Shown here: positions 45,745-54,800 of the stretch, piece by piece | Layout of the letters: every line of letters begins with the position of its first letter | Position numbering within the stretch: position 1 is the first letter of the stretch | NCBI GenBank assembly: GCA_045660345.1 | Contig: JAZRDP010000014.1 | Span: forward strand, 6,615-70,614 | Source: Acutalibacteraceae bacterium | GTDB taxonomy: Bacteria; Bacillota; Clostridia; Oscillospirales; Acutalibacteraceae | DNA length: 64,000 nucleotides | Reading direction: 5' to 3' | Position numbers and translations under genes: made by a program | The notes under the pieces: generated by a model | The model's input: the letters and a program-made list of their open reading frames with translations, nothing else | What the model was told of the DNA's origin: nothing | Databases searched by the model: none

Positions 45745-46905
45745 TTATATAGACCAGAAACTGTCCGTAAAGCGTGTTGCACGGTGAGGAAATGCACGGA
45801 AGAAATCATCTGCATTGGTTTTCAATTGAACACCATCTATGTAAACAGCGGTCTCGGCAGTGTGGCCCTCGCCTGCAAGGAGCAGTCTTGCTGCTGCAGG
45901 GGCAGTGAGTGAAATATCGTAATCACCATCAGTTCTGTGTGTTACGGTTGCTTTGCCGTTCTCATATTCAACATCAAATATGCCTTTATTCTGCTCTAAC
46001 TCATCAATGCTTAATATACTGAATTTGCCGTATTCCTTGGGGTAAGCATTATTTTGAAGAAGCTTTTTAAGGTTGTAAATTCGCCCTGCATAACTAACAT
46101 CGTGCTCGTATTTTACACCATCAATTTGGTCAAGAAGGCAGGAGAGCGGAGAGCCCTGATACTGTCTTCTTACCTTTAATGTTTCAACAATACCATCATA
46201 ATTTCTCAAAAATCCGATAATACCCTTAAGTGCATCAGGTGTCAGAACGAAGAGCTCATCTGCAACAAGCTCATCAGGACGCTTTATTTTGAAACGGACA
46301 TAGCCGTCTGCCTCGCCCTGAGGGTTACGGTGAATATATGTATAATCTGCCTCCTCGAGAGGAGTTTTGCAGAAATGCTTTTCATCCTCTCTTATAGTCA
46401 TAAGGTTTTCCTTGAAAACGCATTTGTTGTGAAGCTCACAAAGCGCCTCTAACTGTTCTCCCGTGAAAAGCTCAACATCGTTACAGCGAGGAATGCCCTG
46501 AAGCTTATGGAAGGGAACCTTGATTGTAAAGCAACGGTTAAGATTTGAAAAACCAAATTTCTCGTAATATTCAATTGAGAAGGGCGCAAGAAAGCCTGCG
46601 ACAACGCCATTTTCAACTGCAGTTCTGCCAACCTCATCAAAAAGGGCTCTCACGCCACCCATTCTGCGACATTCGGGAATACTGCAGATTCCGCTGAGAA
46701 CAAGTGTGTCTATGAGATTTCCGCAATAGTTGCATTTGAAATCGAAAAGCTCCATACCTGCAATAAGCTTTCCGTACTGAAAAGCACCGAGTACAGGGAT
46801 TTCAACCTTATCGTCAACATCCTTATCAAATTTCCAGATAAATGATGCGGCAGATATTTTGTTATAAGCTATAGCCTCTTCGGGTTTAATTAATCTGATT
46901 TCCAT
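45745..46905 (-). CDS. Eis-like GNAT N-acetyltransferase (GNAT plus SCP2-like C-domain)
   Basis: 386 aa. GNAT core with RRMGGVRALF and FLAPFSIEYYEKFGF. The length and C-terminal domain are typical of Eis-type enzymes. Confidence 0.6.
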   Translation of the reverse strand: MEIRLIKPEEAIAYNKISAASFIWKFDKDVDDKVEIPVLGAFQYGKLIAGMELFDFKCNYCGNLIDTLVLSGICSIPECRRMGGVRALFDEVGRTAVENGVVAGFLAPFSIEYYEKFGFSNLNRCFTIKVPFHKLQGIPRCNDVELFTGEQLEALCELHNKCVFKENLMTIREDEKHFCKTPLEEADYTYIHRNPQGEADGYVRFKIKRPDELVADELFVLTPDALKGIIGFLRNYDGIVETLKVRRQYQGSPLSCLLDQIDGVKYEHDVSYAGRIYNLKKLLQNNAYPKEYGKFSILSIDELEQNKGIFDVEYENGKATVTHRTDGDYDISLTAPAAARLLLAGEGHTAETAVYIDGVQLKTNADDFFRAFPHRATRFTDSFWSI

Positions 46906-47075
46906 AATCGTTCTCCTGAATGTTTGTTTTAGGGTTACAATAATTATTATATCATTCTTAAAGTAAAATTCAATACAGGGATTTTAAAGATGTCTATTTA
47001 CTTTTTAAGTCACTTTGATATAATGAAGTTAGGTTATTAATTTACCTGATTTTATTATCACAGGAGTGAATAATT

Positions 47076-48137
47076 ATGTCAAAATTGAGAATTGCACTTA
47101 TCGGCAACGGTGGTATATGTCGCGGATGCCACATTGATAATTATTTTGAAGATGACAGAGTAGAGGTTGTAGCCTTCTGCGATATTATTGAAGAGAGAGC
47201 AGTTGCGCTCAGAGATAAATACTACCCCAATGCAGCAGTTTATACAGATTATAAAGAGCTTCTTAAGGACGAGAGTATTGATGCTGTTGATATCTGCACA
47301 CCAAACTATCTTCATTCCATTATTGCAGTTGATGCATTCAAGGCAGGCAAGCATGTGTTATGCGAAAAGCCCGATGCTATTGATGTTACAGAGGTTCTCA
47401 AAATGAAAAATGCCGCTGACGAGGCAGGCAAGGTGCTTATGGTTATCAGAAATAACCGCTTTGTTACCGCTTCTCAGTATGCAAAGAAATTTGTTGAGGA
47501 TGGCAAAATGGGTGAAATCTATTGTGGCCGTTGCGGATGGCAAAGACGCAGAGGTATTCCCGGTAAAGGTGGCTGGTTCACAACAAAGGAGCAGTCAGGT
47601 GGCGGACCTCTTATTGACCTTGGTGTTCATATGATTGACCTTGCAGTTTGGCTTATGGGCAATCCTACACCTGTTGCAGTAAGCGCAAATACATATACTA
47701 AATTTGCAGATAATGATACAAGCGACTCCGTAAACTCAAAATTTGGCGATGCAAATGCAGAGGGTACATTTGATGTTGAAGACCTTGCAATGGGTATGAT
47801 TCGTTTTGACAATGGTGCAGTTCTTCAGATAGAGTTCAGTTGGGCATCAAACATCAAAGAGGAAACCCGTTATGTTGAGCTTCGCGGAACAAAAGCAGGA
47901 CTTAAATGGGATGATAATGAGGTTGAATTCTTCAGCGAGGATGACGGTCAGCTTCTTGATATTACTCCCAAAGGCAACATTGATACAAATGGACATAAGA
48001 AAAATATCTGCAATTTCATTGATGTTCTTACTGAAGGCGCAGAACCCGTTTTCAAACCTTCTCAGGGCGTTGATATGATAAAAATCCTTTGCGCAATATA
48101 TGAATCAGCAAAACAGGGCAAAGAAATCGTGCTTTGA
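47076..48137 (+). CDS. Gfo/Idh/MocA family oxidoreductase
   Basis: 353 aa. Rossmann IALIGNGGI and the CEKP motif. Confidence 0.85.
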   Translation: MSKLRIALIGNGGICRGCHIDNYFEDDRVEVVAFCDIIEERAVALRDKYYPNAAVYTDYKELLKDESIDAVDICTPNYLHSIIAVDAFKAGKHVLCEKPDAIDVTEVLKMKNAADEAGKVLMVIRNNRFVTASQYAKKFVEDGKMGEIYCGRCGWQRRRGIPGKGGWFTTKEQSGGGPLIDLGVHMIDLAVWLMGNPTPVAVSANTYTKFADNDTSDSVNSKFGDANAEGTFDVEDLAMGMIRFDNGAVLQIEFSWASNIKEETRYVELRGTKAGLKWDDNEVEFFSEDDGQLLDITPKGNIDTNGHKKNICNFIDVLTEGAEPVFKPSQGVDMIKILCAIYESAKQGKEIVL

Positions 48138-48153
48138 TTTAAATAAAAAAGTA

Positions 48154-48192
48154 AACCTCAATTCCTTTTTACAAGGGATTGAGGTTTTATTT
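48154..48192 (+). terminator. Rho-independent terminator after the oxidoreductase gene
   Basis: 14-bp stem AACCTCAATTCCTT / AAGGGATTGAGGTT, followed by TTATTT. Confidence 0.75.
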
Positions 48193-48318
48193 AATGTTTC
48201 ATATTCCGTTTGTAGAAGGCAATAGTGTTACACTGTACTTCATTGTGAAAGCAATACAACCTGACGGTTGATGATATACGCCTTCGGCGAGAGGGTTCAA
48301 GTCCCTACCTTGTTTCAG

Positions 48319-48358
48319 ACAAAAAAATAAAGAACCTACACTGATGTGTAAGTTCTTT
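48319..48358 (-). terminator. Rho-independent terminator after tRNA-Leu
   Basis: AAAGAAC-C-TACAC TGAT GTGTA-A-GTTCTTT hairpin, followed on the minus strand by ATTTTTTTG. Confidence 0.7.
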
Positions 48359-48361
48359 ATT

Positions 48362-48445
48362 TGGTGCGAGAGACGGGACTTGAACCCGTACGGGATTACC
48401 ACACGCCCCTCAAACGTGCGCGTCTGCCGATTCCGCCACTCTCGC
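48362..48445 (-). tRNA. tRNA-Leu (anticodon GAG), class II, CCA encoded
   Basis: Hand-folded GCGAGAGTGGCGGAATCGGCAGACGCGCACGTTTGAGGGGCGTGTGGTAATCCCGTACGGGTTCAAGTCCCGTCTCTCGCACCA. Acceptor GCGAGAG/CTCTCGC, anticodon stem CACGT/GCGTG with loop TTGAGGG, long variable arm, T-arm ACGGG-TTCAAGT-CCCGT. It closely resembles E. coli tRNA-Leu. Confidence 0.9.
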
Positions 48446-48457
48446 GAGTGCTTAGAT

Positions 48458-48486
48458 ACTATACCACCAAAGAAGCATTTTGTCAA
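48458..48486 (-). promoter_or_regulatory. Sigma-A-type promoter of tRNA-Leu
   Basis: On the minus strand: TTGACA (48481-48486), 17-nt spacer, TATAGT (48458-48463). An A/T-rich UP-like tract lies upstream. Confidence 0.65.
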
Positions 48487-48566
48487 CTGTTTTTTTGAAA
48501 TTTTTTTGAAAAATTTGAAACTTGACTTTTTATAGCAATATTGGTGGTATCAAGCATCCGTTTTTC

Positions 48567-49358
48567 TTATTTACCGATAATAAATTTATCCGACTCTTTT
48601 AAATCAAGCTTTGTGATAATGTCTTCAAAATTTTCTTTTGAATTTTTAAAAGCTTCTAATTTATGGGAATCGCTTCCGAGATAGAATTTGCAACCGCAAT
48701 CCTTGGCTATGAAATAGGGGCGAAGCAGAATTTCTGATTCCTCTTGTGTAAGGTTCAGGGTTTTCAAATTAAGCTCGATTCCGACACCCTTTTCTGAACA
48801 TTTTTCGAATAAATTGTACAAAACCTTATCGTCGAGAAGCTTTATAACTTCTGGGGCTCTGCCCTTCATAATGTGATTGCAGGTAAGGTGGGCGATGCCC
48901 ATTTTATGCCAGGGCATATCTTTTTTCAAAAGCTCATCAAGTCGCTTTATCCAAAGCTCTGCAGCTTCCTCGGGAGTCTGGGGTCTTTCTCTGACTGTAT
49001 AGCCGGGCAAATGAAGGTGAGTTGTGGGAATAACGATGAAATCGAATACATCATATCTTTCGGGACTCACTCCGACAGTGTATTCATAATCCATATCTGC
49101 TTCTGCGCCGAATAAGAATTCAACCTCATCATCCTGAGGAAGAGGAAGAACGGCGGAAAGGCATGAAAATCTCTGCTTCGGGTGCCATTCTAATGGGCTT
49201 TTAACATTTTCATCCCACAAATGATTTGTAAGACAGATTCTTTTCAATCCATTTTCCTTTGCAACTTTCAATATGTTCTCAGGAATTTGCTCTTCATCGT
49301 GGCAGCAGGGAGAAATGGTTGAGTGAAAATGGAAATCATGGTCTGCAATATATCTCAT
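48567..49358 (-). CDS. PHP-domain phosphoesterase
   Basis: ORF trimmed to MRYIADHDFHFHS (ATG 49358). His-rich PHP motifs (HFHS, TNH, PTTHLH, DSH). Confidence 0.65.
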   Translation of the reverse strand: MRYIADHDFHFHSTISPCCHDEEQIPENILKVAKENGLKRICLTNHLWDENVKSPLEWHPKQRFSCLSAVLPLPQDDEVEFLFGAEADMDYEYTVGVSPERYDVFDFIVIPTTHLHLPGYTVRERPQTPEEAAELWIKRLDELLKKDMPWHKMGIAHLTCNHIMKGRAPEVIKLLDDKVLYNLFEKCSEKGVGIELNLKTLNLTQEESEILLRPYFIAKDCGCKFYLGSDSHKLEAFKNSKENFEDIITKLDLKESDKFIIGK

Positions 49359-49427
49359 AAATATCACCTTATTATTGATTTTTAAAAACCGCAACCCCTA
49401 TAAAATGGGATTGCGGAAATTTTGCTT

Positions 49428-50567
49428 TTACGCCGCTACCTCGTAGGGGAATTCATCTTCTGTAAATCCGAGAGTATAAGCAATTCTTATGGGGATTTCG
49501 TAGTTATTGAGAGTTTCGCCTGTCTGAATAATATTCTTTGAGCCGTAAATAAGAACGGGAACATTAGCAGCGGAATGTGAGCCGGATGTGAATGAATATG
49601 TTCCGTCATCGTTTTTAACAATTGCGCCTGTTTCGTGGTCAGCGGTAACAATAACGAGTGTTTCGCCGTCTGCCTTAGCGTATTCAAGAGCATATTCGAT
49701 AGTCTTATCAAATGACTCAACAGCTTCAGTCATTTTAGCATCATCGTTGCTATGAGAATGCTTGTCGATGTGAGCGCCCTCAACCATAAGGAAGAAGCCT
49801 TCATCTGTATCGTCAAGAAGATCAATAGCCTTCTTTGTCATTTGTTCAAGAGTAGGAGTATTTGCATCAGACTGCTCGAGAGTCCAGAGGTTATTTGTGA
49901 AATGAGCAAAGCTTCTGCTACCTTCGGGGAGAGCCATCATTTCGTCATAGGTTGTAACATAGGTATATCCGTTTATGCGAGCATCTTCCTTTGATACAAG
50001 ACCATTTTCTGTGCCCCAGATTAAGTCAATTGTTGAACGGAGCTGATCTTTTGTGATGTCCGCTGTGTTACCTCTGTCAGAAGAGTGAGCGGAGAAAGAA
50101 GCAGGAGTAGCGCCTGAGGTTTCATCAGTTGTGATAACACCTGTGAGCATACCTCTTTCGCTGCAAAGCTCGGTAATATTCTTGGGGTATGAAAATGTTG
50201 CAGTCATATCCATAGGATAAACACCGATATATCCGTTTGTTGTTCTTACACCTGTTGCAAGAGCAGTACCGCCTGCAGCACTGTCTGTTACAGCGGCAGA
50301 GAATGAACGGGTCATAGAGTCACCACGGATTTCAAATTCATCCATAGCGAGAGCGAAATCTCTTTCCTGTTCGGCTTTTTCGAGATGGTAGAAGCCCATA
50401 CCGTCACCGATAAGGAAGATAACATTTTTAACCTCGCTGTCAAGATAATCCTCAGGAGAGGAAGTTGTTGGAGGAACATAAATTCCGAAAAGAGTACCGA
50501 AGGACATAATGAAGCTCATAAACATTGCGACAAATTCTGTCCATATTGTGCTGAAAGAAGATAACAT
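49428..50567 (-). CDS. Alkaline phosphatase (PhoA family), membrane-anchored or secreted
   Basis: 379 aa. DGMG, the active-site region TDSAAGGTALATG, and DKHSH...ADHETG. Confidence 0.85.
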   Translation of the reverse strand: MLSSFSTIWTEFVAMFMSFIMSFGTLFGIYVPPTTSSPEDYLDSEVKNVIFLIGDGMGFYHLEKAEQERDFALAMDEFEIRGDSMTRSFSAAVTDSAAGGTALATGVRTTNGYIGVYPMDMTATFSYPKNITELCSERGMLTGVITTDETSGATPASFSAHSSDRGNTADITKDQLRSTIDLIWGTENGLVSKEDARINGYTYVTTYDEMMALPEGSRSFAHFTNNLWTLEQSDANTPTLEQMTKKAIDLLDDTDEGFFLMVEGAHIDKHSHSNDDAKMTEAVESFDKTIEYALEYAKADGETLVIVTADHETGAIVKNDDGTYSFTSGSHSAANVPVLIYGSKNIIQTGETLNNYEIPIRIAYTLGFTEDEFPYEVAA

Positions 50568-50717
50568 ATTAACACCCCTATTAAATAGAATAACGATATA
50601 TTTATATATTATATGAACATATAAGGAAAATCAAGAAAAATATTCCAATTCATTATCTTGTTTTAATTACATTATTGTGTTAAACTTAATAATATTAAAT
50701 AATAGAGGAGATTTTAA

Positions 50718-52895
50718 ATGAAAAAATATACTCTTAATTTCGGTGAATTCAGGCAATATGATAAGGTGTTCATTACTGCCGATAAAGGCATTGACGGTGC
50801 ATCTGTTACATCTGTTGCTTTTTCGGGCAACACACTTTATATTGCCTCCGCAAAGGGCACATTCGAATATGCTGAGGGCAATCTTAAAAAATTGTCATTC
50901 AACGCTTCAAAGTTAATTTCTGTAAAAGGAACTCTTTATGCATCTATCGGCAACTCCCTTGCTGAAATCAAAAAGGGCAAGGCTAAAAAGATTGCTGAAT
51001 TCGGCTCAAAGGTTGTTGATGTTTCTGTTGCTCTTGATGGCTCGGTATGGCTCATCACAGAAAACCACCTCTACCTTATGGCTGACGGTGAAATTCAAAA
51101 AATTGTTGGTCTTCCCTCAGAAACTGTTTGCCTCGCAGCACTTGATAACAAAGTAAAGTATGGTGAAACTGTTTACGTTGGCTCAACTGTTGAGGGGCTT
51201 CTCTCAATGAAAGGTAAACGTCGTCATTGGGCAGAGCTTCTCCCTGAAAATACAGGTGTTATGAGTAGAAAAATCAACTGCATCAAAATTGATGCACTGG
51301 GTCACCTTTGGGTTGGCACAGATGAGGGCATTAACATCTATGACGGCAAAAACTATTGGTTCAAGGGTGATGATTTCTACTCTATTCCAAGTGGTTCATT
51401 TAATGATATGTTCTTTGCTGCAGACGGCAAAAAATATTTTGCAACAAACACAGGGCTTGTAACGCTTATCGAAGGTAAAATTTCATACTTCTCATACGGG
51501 GCATGGCTTATGCACCCTACAGTTACATCACTCGCAGTTGCTGATGACGGAACAATTGCCGCTGTTACTCCACGCGGTATCAGTCTTATTACATCAAAAT
51601 ATATGACACTTGCCCAAAAGGCAGAGTATGTTGATGCGCTTACTGATAAATATTTCTGTCGCAACGAAGGCTACCACGTTGGCAGACTTCTTCGTAAATA
51701 TGGTGACCTTGAATCAGGCTGGCAGCCCAACTCTGATAACGATGGTCTTTTCACGGGTCTTTACTGTGCAAGTCAGTGCTTCCGCTATGCCGCTACTAAA
51801 GACCCCAAGGCAAAGTCCAATGCTAAAAAAGCTGTTGAGGCTATGATTAAACTTACCGAAATCACTGGTAAATCAGGCTTTACAGCACGTGCAACACGCT
51901 ACAATGATGACCCATTCTTTGGTGACGGTAACCGCGAGGAATGGCATGTCTGCCCCGATAATCCCAACTGCGAATGGCTTGGTGAAACATCAAGTGACGA
52001 AATGACAGGTCACTATTTTGCTTATGGTGTTTATTATGACCTTGTGGCTGATAAAAAGGAAAAGGCAAAAATAGCACAGGTTGTAAAGAAAATTACTGAC
52101 CACATCATTGAAAACAACTTCCATCTTTGCGATGTTGACGGCGTGCCTACCACATGGGCAAACTGGGAGCCTGAACTACTTAATAACGATGATCGTTGGT
52201 TCTTTGAGCGTGGCACAAACTCACTTGAGATTTTGTCGTTTCTTAAAACAACTTACCACGTAACAGGTGATGAAAAGTATAATCAGGTGTTTGATATGCT
52301 CATACAGAAGCACCACTACGCTATGAACTGTATGCAGTACAAGTGCGAGGATGCTCATATTGCCCACATTGACGACCAGCTTGACTTTACAAATATCTAC
52401 AACCTTCTTGTTTATACAGAAAACGAGGCACAGAAGGAAATTTTCAAAATGGGTCTTACTCACCACTTTGAGTATGAAAGAGTTGAGCGCTCACCATTTT
52501 TTAATATTGTTTATGGCGCACTTACAAACCGCAACTGTGATATTGAAAATGCTGCAAAGTCACTTTCAGAAATGAATCTTGACTTTATTGTATGGCCCAC
52601 ATACAACAGCTACCGAAAAGATATTGAAATTGATACCTCACCCGAAAAATACGGCTGTGCTCCTCAGCTTAAATATCCCGTTGAATACAGTTCACGTGTT
52701 CTTGTTAACTACGATGGTAATCAGTTCGTTTGCGATTCAGGTGTTGAAGAATTTATCCAAATAGATAAAAAATCTGCAAACCGTGCTGCAGCGCTTCCCA
52801 GCACAGATGGCGCAGATGGTATGGGTACTGCGATGCCTTACATCTTCCTTCTTCCCTATTGGATGGGTAGATACTACGGACTTTTAGGAGATTGA
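50718..52895 (+). CDS. Two-domain protein: regulator-propeller-like repeats plus an unrecognised ~400-aa C-domain
   Basis: 725 aa with no signal peptide. The N-terminal half has repeats such as HLWVGTDEGINIYDG and GSVWLITENHLY. The C-terminal half is helical-looking and W/Y/H-rich, with no motif I recognise. Confidence 0.5.
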   Translation: MKKYTLNFGEFRQYDKVFITADKGIDGASVTSVAFSGNTLYIASAKGTFEYAEGNLKKLSFNASKLISVKGTLYASIGNSLAEIKKGKAKKIAEFGSKVVDVSVALDGSVWLITENHLYLMADGEIQKIVGLPSETVCLAALDNKVKYGETVYVGSTVEGLLSMKGKRRHWAELLPENTGVMSRKINCIKIDALGHLWVGTDEGINIYDGKNYWFKGDDFYSIPSGSFNDMFFAADGKKYFATNTGLVTLIEGKISYFSYGAWLMHPTVTSLAVADDGTIAAVTPRGISLITSKYMTLAQKAEYVDALTDKYFCRNEGYHVGRLLRKYGDLESGWQPNSDNDGLFTGLYCASQCFRYAATKDPKAKSNAKKAVEAMIKLTEITGKSGFTARATRYNDDPFFGDGNREEWHVCPDNPNCEWLGETSSDEMTGHYFAYGVYYDLVADKKEKAKIAQVVKKITDHIIENNFHLCDVDGVPTTWANWEPELLNNDDRWFFERGTNSLEILSFLKTTYHVTGDEKYNQVFDMLIQKHHYAMNCMQYKCEDAHIAHIDDQLDFTNIYNLLVYTENEAQKEIFKMGLTHHFEYERVERSPFFNIVYGALTNRNCDIENAAKSLSEMNLDFIVWPTYNSYRKDIEIDTSPEKYGCAPQLKYPVEYSSRVLVNYDGNQFVCDSGVEEFIQIDKKSANRAAALPSTDGADGMGTAMPYIFLLPYWMGRYYGLLGD

Positions 52896-52899
52896 TAAT

Positions 52900-53574
52900 A
52901 TGGAAAACTTTTTTACAAATGCATTCAACAATATGGACGCTGAAGCAAAGGAAAGCTTTTATAAAACTATTTTTATGAATGACGATTCCGAATATGCTGA
53001 AAAGCTTCGCCTTGAGTATTACAGAACAAAGTTCAGATCAATGGGCGAAAATGTTACTATCGGTAAGGGCGTAAACATCATCAATCCTGAATATATTTCA
53101 GTTGGTAATGATGTTCAGATTTGCGATGGTTGTACCCTTGTTGCAAGAGGTGAAAAGGGTATAACTCTTGGTGATAATGTACGCCTTCAGCATAGAGTTT
53201 ATCTTGATACTGAGAGAACTGAAGAGGGCTATATCAATGTGGGCAGAGGTACATATATAGGAACTGGCACAACTCTTTTCGGTCACAGAGGTCTTGAAAT
53301 CGGAGAAGATTGCCTTCTTGCTCAGGGTATAAACCTTACTCCCTATTCACATATTTTTGATGACCCCAATGATATTATCTATCATCAGGGCGGTCATTGC
53401 GAAAAGGTTACAATCGGCAGAGATGTTTATATCGGTATGGGCTGTAAGGTTATGTATTCAGGTAATATCGGCGAGGGCTCTGTTATCGGATGCGGTTCAA
53501 CTGTTGTTAAACCTATTCCTCCATATTCTGTTGCAGTCGGTACACCCGCGAAGGTTATCAAAGAAAGAAAGTAA
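52900..53574 (+). CDS. Hexapeptide-repeat (LbH) acyltransferase
   Basis: 224 aa. Left-handed beta-helix hexapeptide periodicity (IGKGVNI, IGDNVRL, IGRDVYIGMGCKV). 4-nt gap from the upstream gene. Confidence 0.8.
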   Translation: MENFFTNAFNNMDAEAKESFYKTIFMNDDSEYAEKLRLEYYRTKFRSMGENVTIGKGVNIINPEYISVGNDVQICDGCTLVARGEKGITLGDNVRLQHRVYLDTERTEEGYINVGRGTYIGTGTTLFGHRGLEIGEDCLLAQGINLTPYSHIFDDPNDIIYHQGGHCEKVTIGRDVYIGMGCKVMYSGNIGEGSVIGCGSTVVKPIPPYSVAVGTPAKVIKERK

Positions 53575-53648
53575 AACAAATCTTTGTACTACTTGCATTT
53601 TTAAAATAATAGCAGTACAATGATAAAAAAATTTTCGGAGGGAATATT

Positions 53649-54749
53649 ATGGGAATTATTAATCTTATTCTGACTTACATTATGTGTCTTGCACAGATTC
53701 TTGCACCGCTTCAGATTACTCTTACACCCGGCGGCGAGGCTTCTTACTTCACAAAATGGTCTGTAAACGATACATTTGATGCAGCAGATTATATTGAAAT
53801 TGAAAAGGCAGAGGGCAAAGATTTTAAAATTCTTAACCTTGCCGATGTTCAGCTTTCTGATGCAAAAGCTTATGGTGAATTAGGTGAGTGCACAGAAGAC
53901 CTTATCACAAAGCTTATTGAAGACAATCAGCCTGACCTTATCACTCTTTCAGGTGATAACGCTTGGGATACAGCAGCATATTTAAGACTTATAGAATTCC
54001 TTGATGGTTTCGGTATTCCGTGGGCGCCTGTTATGGGTAACCATGACGGCGAAGGTTGTATCAGCGAATTCTGGGTTGCATACAATCTTATTCAGGCAGA
54101 AAATTGCCTTTTCCAGTTTGGTCCTGCAGATATGGGTTATGGTAACTATATCATAAACATCACAGAAAATGACGAAATTATTCATACATTATTTATGATG
54201 GACACTCACGACCATGATGAATTTGTTCTTGAAGATGGAACAGTTGTTGAAGATTATGACCATCTCTGGAACAATCAGCAGAAATGGTATAAATGGGCAG
54301 TTGAAGGTATTGCTGAAATGGCAGGAAGAACTGTTGAAAGCACAGTTATTATGCACATTCCTGTTCGTGAATATATAAATGCTTGGGAAAGTGTTTGTAT
54401 TGAAGCGGATGGTTATGAGTTTGGTATAATCGACCCTCAGTATTCCGATATTGCAGCAGGCAGAAGATTTGAATACGGTGGACCTTCTCCTGTTAACAAT
54501 GGTTTCTTTAGTCTTTGCAAAGAGCTTGGAAGCACAAAAACAATGCTCGTAGGTCACGACCACGTTAACGATTATTATGTTGAATATGAAGGCATTACAC
54601 TTTCTTATGCAGTTAAGTCAGGTTTCGGTAGCTATTGGCAGCCTGATATGATTGGCGGAACAACTCTTACTGTTAATAGCGCAGGTAATATTGACCTTGA
54701 ACAACATTACTATGACCTTGTAGCAAATGGTTGGGACATTGAACCATAA
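53649..54749 (+). CDS. Calcineurin-like metallophosphoesterase
   Basis: 366 aa. N-terminal hydrophobic segment, then GDNAWD, GNHDGE and GHDHVND motifs. Confidence 0.8.
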   Translation: MGIINLILTYIMCLAQILAPLQITLTPGGEASYFTKWSVNDTFDAADYIEIEKAEGKDFKILNLADVQLSDAKAYGELGECTEDLITKLIEDNQPDLITLSGDNAWDTAAYLRLIEFLDGFGIPWAPVMGNHDGEGCISEFWVAYNLIQAENCLFQFGPADMGYGNYIINITENDEIIHTLFMMDTHDHDEFVLEDGTVVEDYDHLWNNQQKWYKWAVEGIAEMAGRTVESTVIMHIPVREYINAWESVCIEADGYEFGIIDPQYSDIAAGRRFEYGGPSPVNNGFFSLCKELGSTKTMLVGHDHVNDYYVEYEGITLSYAVKSGFGSYWQPDMIGGTTLTVNSAGNIDLEQHYYDLVANGWDIEP

Positions 54750-54762
54750 CAAAAGATTAAAA

Positions 54763-54800
54763 CCCTCTTGATTTCTAAAAATCAAGAGGGCTTATTTTTT
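54763..54800. terminator. Bidirectional terminator
   Basis: CCCTCTTGATTT CTAA AAATCAAGAGGG (12 bp), followed by CTTATTTTTT. It lies between convergent genes. Confidence 0.8.

Noticed and set aside
48199-48486. 95-aa ORF on the minus strand.
   Set aside because: It reads straight through tRNA-Leu and its terminator (REWRNRQTRTFEGRV is translated tRNA sequence). It is not a gene.
48461-48552. 10-bp inverted repeat ATACCACCAA / TTGGTGGTAT flanking the tRNA-Leu promoter.
   Set aside because: The arms are short and separated by 72 nt, and one arm overlaps the promoter spacer. There is no supporting structure or repetition.
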